64,000 nt of DNA from a virus (taxonomy: Duplodnaviria > Caudoviricetes). Positions 25,109 through 34,578 of this stretch are shown here, one piece after another (position 1 is the first letter of the stretch; the number at the start of each line of letters is the position of its first letter). The stretch lies in IMG/VR virus record IMGVR_UViG_3300037471_000178, positions 1,212 to 65,211 of that record; one strand, written 5' to 3'. The notes beneath the pieces were generated by a model. That model was not told the DNA's origin and did not search any database. It saw nothing but the letters and a program-made list of their open reading frames with translations. A program made the translations under genes and the position numbers.

Positions 25109-27259
25109 ATGGCCCTGCCAACCCAAGCACCCTATCCGGGCGCACCCGACTTTACCCCGCCACAGGCCGCTCCCGCGCCTGACATGGCGGCGGCCCCTGC
25201 CCCGGCGATGAGCAACGGGTTGATGCAGGTACAAAGCGCTAGCCAGCTTGAGGCGCAGTCCCGCGCCCAAGCGCTCGCTCGCCAAGCACAGCCGCATATC
25301 TCCGGCCTTGCCACCCACATTCGTCACTGCTGGAGTTCTGCCAAGACCGCCAAGCGCGAACCCGAGCAGCGCATGATGCGCAGCCTTCGCGCACGGGATG
25401 GCATCTACGAAGCCGACAAGCTAGCCGCGATCCGTCAGCAGGGCGGCTCCGAAATCTACATGATGCTCACCGCGACCAAGTGCCGCGCCGCCGCTGCGCT
25501 GCTGCGTGACCTCCTGCTTGGCAACGGCACCGACAAGCCGTGGTCGATTGCGCCGACTTCGATTCCGGACCTCCCGGAAGACAAGCTCATGGAAGCCAAG
25601 GAAGAAGCGACCAACATCGTCATGCAGCAGTACATGATGGGACCGCCCCCGACCCCGGCTGACGTTCGCGCCATCGCCGAACAGGTCAAGGGTCGCTACA
25701 TGAACGAGGTCCGCGAGGAAGCCAAGGAAGCCGTGGGCCGCATGGAAGACAAGATGGAAGACCAGTTGCAGGAAGGCGGTTTCCTGCAAGCGCTGTCGGC
25801 CTTCATTGACGATCTGGCCGTGTTCCCGAGCGCCATCATGAAAGGCCCGGTGATCCGCAAGAAGTTCAAGATGGCTTACGCGGGCGGTGCTGTGACCGTC
25901 GTGGAAGACCTCGTGACCGAATGGGAGCGCGTGGACCCGACCCGGTTCTACCCGGCCCCGCACAGCGAGGACATTCAGGACGGCTACTGCCTTGAGCACC
26001 ACAGCATGACCATCCAATCCCTGACCGAGCTGAAGGGCGTGGAAGGCTATGACAATGACTCCATTGACGCGGTGATCGAGGATTACGGTCGCGGCGGGCT
26101 GCACGAGTGGCTGGCCATCGACTCCGACAAGGCCCGCGTCAACGAGAAGCAGTCGGTGTTCAACAACAATCCCGAAGCGCTGATCGACGCCCTCCAGTTC
26201 TGGGGCGCGGTTCCCGGTCGCATGCTGGTGGACTGGGGCATCGACAAAGCCGAAGTACCGGACCTGAACAAGATGTACTTTGTCGAGGCATGGCTGATCG
26301 GCAGCTACGTCATCAAGGCCACCCTGAACCCGCACCCGCTCGGCCACAAGCCGTACTTCAAGACCAGCTACGAGAAAATCCCCGGTCGCTTCTGGGGCAA
26401 CTCCCCGGCTGACTTGGTAGCGGACTGCCAAGCCATGTGCAACGCGGCGGCTCGCGCCATTGCGAACAACATGGGCATCGCCTCGGGTCCGCAGGTGTGG
26501 ATCGACGTATCGCGCCTCCCGGCTGGCGAAGACGTAACGCAAATGTTCCCGTGGAAGATTTGGCAGGTGGACCGCGACCCGAACTCGGGCGCTGGCGCAC
26601 CGATGGGATTCTTCCAGCCGAATAACTACTCGTCTGAACTCATGGCCATCTACGAGAAGTTCGCCATGCTTGCGGACGAGTACTCGGGCATCCCGCGCTA
26701 CATGACCGGCACCGAAGGAACAGGTGGCGCTGGCCGCACCGCGTCAGGTCTGTCCATGATGATCGGTAACGCCGCCAAGACGCTCAAGCAGGTATTGTCC
26801 AACGTCGATATCGACATTCTGCGCCCGCTGCTGGAGTCGCTGTACTTCCACAACCTGCGCTACGGACAAGACCCGGACCTGATTGGCGATATCAACGTCG
26901 TCGCTCGCGGCGCACTGTCGCTGCAGGTGAAGGACTCGGCTGCCATGAACCGCAACCAGTTCCTCCAAGCTACCGCCAACCCGGTTGACCTCCAGATCAT
27001 CGGTCTGCCCGGTCGCGCCGCCATCCTGCGCGAGCAGGCCAAGACCCTCGGCATCAACCCGGATGACGTGGTGCCGCCCGACGAGGCGATCAAGCGCATG
27101 GCGCAAGTCATGGCATTCCAGCAAATGCAGCAACAGCAGGCGATGGCAGCGCAGGCCGAACAGCAGCAAATGCAGCAGCAAGGGAAGATCAAACCCGGTG
27201 AGCGCCTGTTAGATGGGACGCCAACCACCGACCACTTCTCCCCACAACCTCAGCAGTAA
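25109..27259 (+). CDS. Portal protein (podovirus type)
   Basis: 716 aa after TerL; YEKIPGRFWG, GRTASGLSMM motifs; Gln-rich tail. Confidence 0.88.
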   Translation: MALPTQAPYPGAPDFTPPQAAPAPDMAAAPAPAMSNGLMQVQSASQLEAQSRAQALARQAQPHISGLATHIRHCWSSAKTAKREPEQRMMRSLRARDGIYEADKLAAIRQQGGSEIYMMLTATKCRAAAALLRDLLLGNGTDKPWSIAPTSIPDLPEDKLMEAKEEATNIVMQQYMMGPPPTPADVRAIAEQVKGRYMNEVREEAKEAVGRMEDKMEDQLQEGGFLQALSAFIDDLAVFPSAIMKGPVIRKKFKMAYAGGAVTVVEDLVTEWERVDPTRFYPAPHSEDIQDGYCLEHHSMTIQSLTELKGVEGYDNDSIDAVIEDYGRGGLHEWLAIDSDKARVNEKQSVFNNNPEALIDALQFWGAVPGRMLVDWGIDKAEVPDLNKMYFVEAWLIGSYVIKATLNPHPLGHKPYFKTSYEKIPGRFWGNSPADLVADCQAMCNAAARAIANNMGIASGPQVWIDVSRLPAGEDVTQMFPWKIWQVDRDPNSGAGAPMGFFQPNNYSSELMAIYEKFAMLADEYSGIPRYMTGTEGTGGAGRTASGLSMMIGNAAKTLKQVLSNVDIDILRPLLESLYFHNLRYGQDPDLIGDINVVARGALSLQVKDSAAMNRNQFLQATANPVDLQIIGLPGRAAILREQAKTLGINPDDVVPPDEAIKRMAQVMAFQQMQQQQAMAAQAEQQQMQQQGKIKPGERLLDGTPTTDHFSPQPQQ

Positions 27260-27311
27260 GCTAGAATAGATAGCCCGCTTACACCGGGCTATCTTATTTA
27301 TCAGGGAAGAC

Positions 27312-27938
27312 ATGCGACTAATTTCATTCACTCAGCCAGTAATTGACGAATGCGAGACAGCCAACGACCTCCTTGCTTTCTGTGCGCGGGTGTCAAATCC
27401 CGGCAATCAGACAAACAAAGCCACCGCGAACAAGCTGATCAAGTACCTGATCACCCACAAGCACTGGTCCCCGATGGAAATGGTGGACGCCACCTTCGAG
27501 ATCGAAGTGCCGAGGGATATTGGTCGCCAGATGCTCCGGCACCGCAGCTTCAGCTTTCAGGAGTTCAGCCAGCGGTACGCCGAATCCCTTGGCTTTGCCG
27601 CGCCCCGTGAAGCCCGCATGCAAGACCCGACGAACCGCCAGTCCAGCCTCCCCTGCCCGGATGACGTGCTGAACGAGGAGTGGTTCAGGCGGCAAATGTC
27701 GGTGATCGAATTCTGCGAGGGCCACTACCAGTGGGCGCTGGATAAGGGAATCGCCAAGGAATGCGCCCGCGTCGTGCTGCCCGAGGGACTGACCCTGAGC
27801 CGCATGTACATGAAGGGAAGCCTGCGGAGCTGGATTCATTATCTGGAGGTTCGCTGTGATCCATCGACTCAGAAAGAGCATCGAGAGATTGCGCAGGGCA
27901 TTGCGCAGGTTATTCATGAAGTATTCGGAATTGTGTAA
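27312..27938 (+). CDS. thyX: FAD-dependent thymidylate synthase
   Basis: RHRSFSFQEFSQRY signature; HKHWSP.E; TQKEHR. Confidence 0.95.
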   Translation: MRLISFTQPVIDECETANDLLAFCARVSNPGNQTNKATANKLIKYLITHKHWSPMEMVDATFEIEVPRDIGRQMLRHRSFSFQEFSQRYAESLGFAAPREARMQDPTNRQSSLPCPDDVLNEEWFRRQMSVIEFCEGHYQWALDKGIAKECARVVLPEGLTLSRMYMKGSLRSWIHYLEVRCDPSTQKEHREIAQGIAQVIHEVFGIV

Positions 27939-27948
27939 GTAAAACCTA

Positions 27949-27977
27949 TTGACACGCTTACCGCAGAGGTATATAAG
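27949..27977 (+). promoter_or_regulatory. Promoter TTGACA-N17-TATAAG
   Basis: Consensus -35; GCTTAC in spacer. Confidence 0.6.
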
Positions 27978-27983
27978 ACCATC

Positions 27984-28199
27984 ATGAATAGCCCGAAAGC
28001 AACACCAGCAGAATACAGGGCGCTGACCGAGCTGCGAACCAGCGCGTTCAAGACGTACCTCGAAAACTGGCTGCAACGGACTACCGATGCTCTGACCGTC
28101 GCCAACGACGCCACCGCGTTCTACCGGATGCAGGGCGAAGCGCAGACGATCAAGCATCTGCTCCACCTTATCCAGATAGCTCCCGATCAACTCCGGTGA
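27984..28199 (+). CDS. Small head-module protein
   Basis: 71 aa before scaffold; YRMQGEAQ.I..LL motif. Confidence 0.6.
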   Translation: MNSPKATPAEYRALTELRTSAFKTYLENWLQRTTDALTVANDATAFYRMQGEAQTIKHLLHLIQIAPDQLR

Positions 28200-28277
28200 A
28201 TACCCGTAAAGGCTCACCGTTTACCAACCCACCGCGAACACCCGTAGATATCTTCGGACTCGCAGGAGAAAGCAAGC

Positions 28278-29243
28278 ATGGCACTCCCCCGCCAAGTTCA
28301 GGCACAACTCGACGCTGCCGCTCAGATTGAAGCTCAAATCAGCCCGACCGCGCAGCCAGCAGAACCCGTCCCTGCCCCGGCACCCGCCGAGCCGACACCG
28401 GCCCCCGCAGAACCCGTCCCTGCTCCCGAGCCACAGCCTGAACCGACCCCGGAACCGACCCCGGCAGAGCCGAAGGAAGACCCCCGTTATAAAGCCCTGA
28501 AAGGCAAATATGACGCGGAAGTACCAAGACTCCACGCCGCTAACCGGGAGCTAGAAACGCGAGTGCAGCAGCTTGCCGAACTGGTTCGCCAGTTGCAGCA
28601 GCCCAAGCAAGAACCGCAACCTGAACCGAAGCAGCAGGGCGCGACCACCAAGGACGTTGAAGACTTTGGCGGCGACATGGTGCAGATGGTTGAGCGCGTA
28701 TCCCGCGCCATCGTTACGGAATATGCGAACGCGCTGCAAGGCGAATTCCAGAAGCTCCGCAGTGAGTTGGGCGCTGTCAGTCAGACGACGGCCAAGAGCG
28801 CCGAGGAACGCTTCCTCGACAAACTCACCAGCATCGTCCCCGACTGGCAGGAGATTGACAGCGATGAGCGCTGGCAGGACTGGCTGCGCGAAGTTGATCC
28901 GCTGTATGGCGCACCCCGCCAATCACTGCTGGACAGTGCGTACAACGCCCTCGATGCAAGCCGCATCGCCGCTGTGTTCAACGCATGGAAAGCGCAGTTC
29001 AAGCCCGCGCAGTCAGAAGCGCCCGCTCCCAAAGCGGAGCTGGCACGTCAGGTAGCCCCTAGCAAGGCTTCCGCCCCCACCCCGACTTCCACTCCCGAAA
29101 AGCCTGTCTGGACCGACGCGATGATCGCTGAGTTCTGGGGCGACGTACGGAAGGGCAAGTTCCGTGGGCGAGAAACCGAAATTGACCGCATTGACCAAGA
29201 AATTCACGCCGCCATCGCGGAAGGCCGCTACCGACCAAGGTAA
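28278..29243 (+). CDS. Capsid scaffolding protein
   Basis: PAEP low-complexity linker, YKALKGKYDAEV coiled coil, C-terminal EI.AAIAEGR; precedes capsid gene. Confidence 0.82.
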   Translation: MALPRQVQAQLDAAAQIEAQISPTAQPAEPVPAPAPAEPTPAPAEPVPAPEPQPEPTPEPTPAEPKEDPRYKALKGKYDAEVPRLHAANRELETRVQQLAELVRQLQQPKQEPQPEPKQQGATTKDVEDFGGDMVQMVERVSRAIVTEYANALQGEFQKLRSELGAVSQTTAKSAEERFLDKLTSIVPDWQEIDSDERWQDWLREVDPLYGAPRQSLLDSAYNALDASRIAAVFNAWKAQFKPAQSEAPAPKAELARQVAPSKASAPTPTSTPEKPVWTDAMIAEFWGDVRKGKFRGRETEIDRIDQEIHAAIAEGRYRPR

Positions 29244-29283
29244 CAGCCTCACCGGACGGGGCACTTCATAGAGAGAGGAAATC

Positions 29284-30240
29284 ATGTCGTATCCCGTCCA
29301 AGCACCATATAACGTAAACCCGGCGTACTCGGGTACCTTCATCCCTACCCTGTGGTCCTCGAAGCTGATCGCCAAGTTTTACGCGGCGACCGTCTTCGGT
29401 GAGATCGCCAACACCGACTACGAAGGCGAAATTTCGGGTCAGGGCGACAAGGTGGTGATCAACACCATCCCGTCCATCACCATCCGTGATTACGTCGTTG
29501 GTCAAAACCTGACCTACGAAGTGCCGGCTGGCGCGACCGTCGAACTGCTGATCGACAAGGGCAAGTACTTTGGCTTCCGCGTTTCCGACGTGCTGGAGCA
29601 CCAGTCGAAGCCGAACCTGATGAGCATGTTCAGCGATGACGCTGCTCAGCAGATGAAAGTCACCATCGACCGCGAAGTACTGAAGGGCGTGTTCAACCAA
29701 GGCGCTGCTCAGAACATGGGCGCAACCGCTGGCCGTATCTCCGCTGGCTACAACCTCGGCACCGACACCGCTCCGGTGGCGCTGACCGGCGCGAACATTC
29801 TGGCTACCATCACCAACATGGCGTCGGTGCTGGACGAGCAGAACGTGCCTGAGTCGGACCGCTTCTTGGTGATCTCCCCGGCGATCCGTACCGTGCTGAT
29901 GCAGTCGAATCTGGCGAACGCCATGTTCATCGGTGATTCGACCTCGATGCAGCGTAACGGCAAGATCGGCACCATCGACCGCTTCACCGTGTATGTGTCC
30001 AACCAGCTCCCGCGTGGCGCTGCTGGCCAAGACTGGAGCGGCAATGCGTCGGCAGGCACCGCCAAGCGTGAAGCAATGATGGCTGGTCACAAGACCGCGA
30101 TCACCTTCGCCTCGCAGATCACCAAGGTCGAAGACCTCGTTGATCAGAATGACTTCGGTAAGCTGGTACGCGGCCTTAACGTGTACGGCTACAAGGTCAT
30201 CAAGCCTGAGTCGCTGGCGCTGGCCGTTGTGTCGGTCTAA
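29284..30240 (+). CDS. Major capsid protein
   Basis: FIPTLWSSKL, NTDYEGEISGQGDKV.I, VRGLNVYG.KV.KPE (P22-coat-like HK97 fold). Confidence 0.92.
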   Translation: MSYPVQAPYNVNPAYSGTFIPTLWSSKLIAKFYAATVFGEIANTDYEGEISGQGDKVVINTIPSITIRDYVVGQNLTYEVPAGATVELLIDKGKYFGFRVSDVLEHQSKPNLMSMFSDDAAQQMKVTIDREVLKGVFNQGAAQNMGATAGRISAGYNLGTDTAPVALTGANILATITNMASVLDEQNVPESDRFLVISPAIRTVLMQSNLANAMFIGDSTSMQRNGKIGTIDRFTVYVSNQLPRGAAGQDWSGNASAGTAKREAMMAGHKTAITFASQITKVEDLVDQNDFGKLVRGLNVYGYKVIKPESLALAVVSV

Positions 30241-30252
30241 GTGATGTAAGTG

Positions 30253-30290
30253 AAATGGCCGCACCCGCTATCTGGCGGTGCGGCCATTTT
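30253..30290 (+). terminator. Intrinsic terminator after capsid gene
   Basis: AAATGGCCGCACC...GGTGCGGCCATTTT hairpin. Confidence 0.75.
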
Positions 30291-30305
30291 GCATGGGAGC
30301 CATAA

Positions 30306-31829
30306 ATGAGCAAATACATTATCCCGGCCTCCACCGTACCCGGTGAAGCGCCGTATGTGTTCGACGCTGCCACTGGCAAGTCGGTCGGCCTGCAAGGTAC
30401 AGGCAGCACTGGCGTCACCCCATTTTCCAAGCCGAGCCGGAACTTCACCGGCAGGCTGCCCTATGTTCTGTCCCCGGCTCCTACCCTGCTGCTATCGAAC
30501 GCAGACGAGGCGGCAATGTTCGCCACGGGTCCGTACTATTCCGTGCTGGATGCTAGCGCGTTCAAGCTGACGGGCTGTGTTCCGCAGCGGGCAATGTGGT
30601 ATCCAGACTACCAAGGACTCAACGGCAACATGATGTACTCGGTAACGGCTCCGTCACCGTGGGCAGTTGAATTCTGGCTGGATACGATTGACGCTACCGG
30701 GCGCTTTGAAATCGCCATGAAGGGCGCGGGCAACGGCTTCCGTGTCGGTATTCGCCAGCCGCGCGATGCAGCTTGGGGCTACGCTTCTACCGGCGCGACG
30801 TTCCGACCGACTGGTAACGGAGAAACCTTCCACGGCGTCGTGGCAATAGGCGCACCGGGTACGTATCAGGTTCGCATTGAAATGGAACAGTGGTCCGCGC
30901 TGTATGGCGTTGGTGGACCGGCTGGTACGCATATCACAGCCCTGCCCCGCGCACCGCGCACCTACATCGTTGTCGGTGACTCCTTTACCGAGCCAACCGT
31001 CGTTGACTCGATTGCGCATGTCGCCAACGATGGTTGGGTCAGCATGCTGGAGCACATCACGGGCTACAACTTCATTTCCGCTGGTCTTGGTGGTACGGGT
31101 TATCTCGGTACCAACAACGGAACGCGCCCGAAGTACCGCGACCGCCTGATGGAAGCTATGGCGTACGGCGCAGACGGCATTATCTTCACTGGTGGTGTCA
31201 ACGACATTGGCACGTTCAACGGTGCGCAGATCGGCCCGGAAGCGACGGCATGCTTCGAGTATGCACGGAATGTCTTGGGCAGCACGGCGGATATCGTCGT
31301 TGTTAGCCCGTTCTACCCGCGTCAGATTCACGATATCACTATCCCCAATCTGCTTGACGTGCGTGACGCGCTGCGTACCGCCTGCGCAAAAGTTGGCGGC
31401 ACGTTCCTTGACGTTCTCTCCCTGCCGACAGGTCCGTATTTTGCCAAGCCAGCCATGCAGCTTCTCGGTGCGCTCGGCCCCGGCAATACGTCTATTGATG
31501 TGGCTGTTGTGCCTCATGCTGCCGAAATTGGCGGGTTCTACCTGTGCATTGGTGAAGGTCCGTCAGCGGAAATTCGCAAAGTAACCGGCGTTATTAACAA
31601 CGGATCGAGCTACACCCTCAATCTGAATGCTGGTGTCACTTTGTCACACGCGGCTGGCGCTCCAGTCACCCTTGCAGGTCCGTCGTACATGACCGGCACG
31701 GGTAACGCTGGCGCACACGCTAATGACGGTATTGCGGACTACCACACGAGCGCGGACGGGATGCATCCGACAATTGCAGGGCATCGCAACATCGCCCGGA
31801 CAATTGCTACGCTTTGGGCAAATAGCTAG
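30306..31829 (+). CDS. SGNH/GDSL hydrolase (esterase) domain protein
   Basis: VGDSFT block I, GGTGY block II, GGVND block III, DGMHPT..GH block V. Confidence 0.85.
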   Translation: MSKYIIPASTVPGEAPYVFDAATGKSVGLQGTGSTGVTPFSKPSRNFTGRLPYVLSPAPTLLLSNADEAAMFATGPYYSVLDASAFKLTGCVPQRAMWYPDYQGLNGNMMYSVTAPSPWAVEFWLDTIDATGRFEIAMKGAGNGFRVGIRQPRDAAWGYASTGATFRPTGNGETFHGVVAIGAPGTYQVRIEMEQWSALYGVGGPAGTHITALPRAPRTYIVVGDSFTEPTVVDSIAHVANDGWVSMLEHITGYNFISAGLGGTGYLGTNNGTRPKYRDRLMEAMAYGADGIIFTGGVNDIGTFNGAQIGPEATACFEYARNVLGSTADIVVVSPFYPRQIHDITIPNLLDVRDALRTACAKVGGTFLDVLSLPTGPYFAKPAMQLLGALGPGNTSIDVAVVPHAAEIGGFYLCIGEGPSAEIRKVTGVINNGSSYTLNLNAGVTLSHAAGAPVTLAGPSYMTGTGNAGAHANDGIADYHTSADGMHPTIAGHRNIARTIATLWANS

Positions 31830-31901
31830 CCACAACCCCTTGCTTCAATGTAAGATTCGGTGTAAGTAAAACATTGAAGCAAGACTTTCATAAGGTCTAT
31901 C

Positions 31902-32555
31902 GTGGTCCCATACACCGCATTTCTGCCGTATGTACTGCCCTACGCAATGGGAGCTTCGGAACCCATTGCGCTTCAGGCCGTCCGCGATATTTGCATCGAC
32001 TTCTGCGAGCAGACGCTTATCTGGGAAGAAACGCTAGACCCGATCACCGCGATCCCGAACATTCTCACGTACGACCTCGACGCCCCTCCGGGCGTCCAGT
32101 GCATGCTGATCGACAGCGCGTGGTTTGAAAAGGACCGCATGGAAGTCCTCTACGACGATTCTGCGAAAGCGCGTCCGGAAATGTTCAACACGCAGTTCCA
32201 GAACGCCGACACCAATCCGGGTCGGCCCACGGCGCTGCTGCAGAACGCCGACAACACCTTCACCATCAATCGTCTTCCTGCCGAGCGCGAGCGCGGCGCA
32301 TTCACGGTTCGCGGCGTCTTCAAGCCGACGCGGGCTTCCTCGGGGGTCGCGGACATTGTGTTCCAAGACTATGCACCGGCCATCGGCAAGGGCGCTGTGG
32401 CGTACCTGATGAAGATGCCGTTTGAGTCCTTCACCAACCCGGCGCTAGCTCAGGCATTCGACGTTGAGTACGCCAACGCTGTTCACAAAGCCAAGATTCG
32501 CGCAAACAAGAATCTGGGCCGCGCCAACCTGCAAGTCCAACTTCGGAGAATCTGA
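31902..32555 (+). CDS. Head-to-tail adaptor-like protein
   Basis: Position in the head-tail module; AVRDICIDFCEQT.IW motif. Confidence 0.65.
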   Translation: MVPYTAFLPYVLPYAMGASEPIALQAVRDICIDFCEQTLIWEETLDPITAIPNILTYDLDAPPGVQCMLIDSAWFEKDRMEVLYDDSAKARPEMFNTQFQNADTNPGRPTALLQNADNTFTINRLPAERERGAFTVRGVFKPTRASSGVADIVFQDYAPAIGKGAVAYLMKMPFESFTNPALAQAFDVEYANAVHKAKIRANKNLGRANLQVQLRRI

Positions 32556-33229
32556 TGGGCACCATCGTCGCTTCGAGCCTGATTAGCCGCGCCAGCATCC
32601 TCCTGCAAGACACCACGAATATTCGCTGGACGCAGGACGAACTGCTTGGCTGGCTCAATGACGGCCAACGCGAAATCGTTCTGATCAAGCCAAACGCCTG
32701 TGTGAAGAATCAGGCATTGCCGCTGGTCGCGGGCACGAAGCAGAGCCTCCCTGATGATTCGCTCAGCCTGATCGACGTGACGCGCAACCTCGGCGTCAAC
32801 GGCACCACGCCGGGTCCGGCCATTCGCGTCTGCTCCCGCGAGATTCTGGATGCGCAGCTCCCGAACTGGCACACGCTGGCGGGCAACGCCACCGTGAAGC
32901 ATTACATGTACAACCCGATGGACGTGAAGCACTTCTACGTCTATCCCCCGCAACCAGCTACCGGCACCGCTCAGGTTGAACTGATCTATGCGTACTCGCC
33001 CGCCGACATTGCGATTGGCGCGGCGATTTCGGTTGACGACATTTACGCGACTGCGCTGGTGAACTACGTGCTGTTCCGCGCTTACAGCAAAGACACCGAA
33101 TACGCCGCGAACGCATCGCTGGCTTCGGCGTACTACCAAGCGTTCACCGCACTGCTCGGTGCGAAGGTGGGCGGCGAGCAAGCCACCGACCCGAACACCC
33201 ACGCACCCGGCAATAAAGGAATCGCGTAA
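32555..33229 (+). CDS. Head-completion / tail tubular-like virion protein
   Basis: IRWTQDELLGWLNDGQREI..KP...Y..AL.NYVLFRAYSKD..YA. Confidence 0.7.
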   Translation: MGTIVASSLISRASILLQDTTNIRWTQDELLGWLNDGQREIVLIKPNACVKNQALPLVAGTKQSLPDDSLSLIDVTRNLGVNGTTPGPAIRVCSREILDAQLPNWHTLAGNATVKHYMYNPMDVKHFYVYPPQPATGTAQVELIYAYSPADIAIGAAISVDDIYATALVNYVLFRAYSKDTEYAANASLASAYYQAFTALLGAKVGGEQATDPNTHAPGNKGIA

Positions 33230-34569
33230 TGGCCGCTCTACCTACCGTTGCGATTACCTGCAAATGCTTCCAGCAGGACGGCACCCCGGTAGCGGGCGGG
33301 CTGATCCGGGCCAAGCTGCAGGGTAATCCCACCTACCAAGGATTCGTGCTTCCGGAAACCACGGAAATCACGCTGGATTCTTACGGCTACGGGATCATGC
33401 ACCTGTGGCCCAACGTGCTGTCGCTGGTCCCGTCGAACTACAAGTTCACGATCATCGACGTACAAGGCTCCGGCAAGAGCTTCAGCTTTTACGCTGTCGT
33501 CCCGAACACCGATATCAACCTGTCCGACCTCGTTCAGATCGACCCGACCGGCGACAACTGGTGGACTGGCACCCCCGGAGGGGTAGGAGGTCAACCTGTG
33601 GAAGTCGCTGCAACGGTAAGCGTCGGCACTACGACCACGCTGCCACCCGGCTCACCCGCCACCGTCGCCAACATCGGCAACGCCACCAACGCGATTCTGA
33701 CCTTCGGTGTGCCGCAAGGCCCGCAGGGTGTGAAGGGTGACAAAGGCGACAAGGGTGACAAAGGCGACAAGGGTGATCCCGGCGCAGATGGCGCACCCGG
33801 CGCGAACGGCTCTGGCTCGGTTGTCGTCGGCACGGTGGAAACCCTGCCCGCAGGCGCTACCGCGTACGTCACCAATGTCGGCACCCCGTCGCAGGCGATC
33901 CTGAATTTCGGCCTGCCACAAGGTCAGACTGGCGCACCGGGTACGGGCGGCAGCAACGGCGCTATCGGCCTGCCACCGGGCGGCACGACCGGCCAAGTGT
34001 TGATGAAGAATGGTAACGCCGACTACTCCGTGGTCTGGGCGACCCCGCAAGGCAGCACTGGCGGAACCACAACCAGCTCGCAAACCTACGTTGCACTGTA
34101 CTCGTGGGAAGGCGGCGTGGTGGTTCCTTCGACCGGCATCCCGCTCGACACCGCGACCCGCGATGCGTACGTCGCTGCGATCAACGGCGCGACCACCGGC
34201 AGCAAGCGGCTGGCTGGCGCGAACAACCTGATCGCCTCGTTCGGCAACTCGCAGACGCTCACCATCACCCGCGATGGCGTGACGATGCTGCAGGCGACCT
34301 ACAACAACCCGCTGGTGCTGTTCAACGACGGCACGAACGTCGGCATCCAGTTGGGGGCACTGACTTCGATCCTCGACGTGGTGGCTGGCTCGCTGGCTAC
34401 CGGCACATGGCAGGCAGTCCTCGCCAGCGGCGCTCGCACTGCGACCCTGACGGTCGGCACTGCCGGCTCTGGCAAGAACCTGATCCTGTCGGGCGACACC
34501 GCTCCGGGCGTCGGCTTCAGTCCGTCTTTCACCCTGATCGTCCCGCGCAGCGTGGATGGACTTGTGTAA
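33229..34569 (+). CDS. Collagen-repeat tail fibre-like protein
   Basis: GPQG(KGD)n collagen run; two VGT.TL..G..A.V.N.G...AIL.FG.PQG repeats. Confidence 0.75.
   Translation: MAALPTVAITCKCFQQDGTPVAGGLIRAKLQGNPTYQGFVLPETTEITLDSYGYGIMHLWPNVLSLVPSNYKFTIIDVQGSGKSFSFYAVVPNTDINLSDLVQIDPTGDNWWTGTPGGVGGQPVEVAATVSVGTTTTLPPGSPATVANIGNATNAILTFGVPQGPQGVKGDKGDKGDKGDKGDPGADGAPGANGSGSVVVGTVETLPAGATAYVTNVGTPSQAILNFGLPQGQTGAPGTGGSNGAIGLPPGGTTGQVLMKNGNADYSVVWATPQGSTGGTTTSSQTYVALYSWEGGVVVPSTGIPLDTATRDAYVAAINGATTGSKRLAGANNLIASFGNSQTLTITRDGVTMLQATYNNPLVLFNDGTNVGIQLGALTSILDVVAGSLATGTWQAVLASGARTATLTVGTAGSGKNLILSGDTAPGVGFSPSFTLIVPRSVDGLV
33731..33775 (+). repeat. KGD collagen-coding tandem repeat
   Basis: (aagggtgacaaaggcgac)x2 plus a partial copy. 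Confidence 0.7.
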
Positions 34570-34578
34570 GGAAACAGC

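Noticed and set aside
28340-28470. PAEP tandem repeats
   Set aside because: Ordinary low-complexity linker in a scaffolding protein.
30200-30310. Capsid read-through or frameshift fusion to the SGNH gene
   Set aside because: No slippery sequence seen; a strong terminator and an independent start separate the genes.
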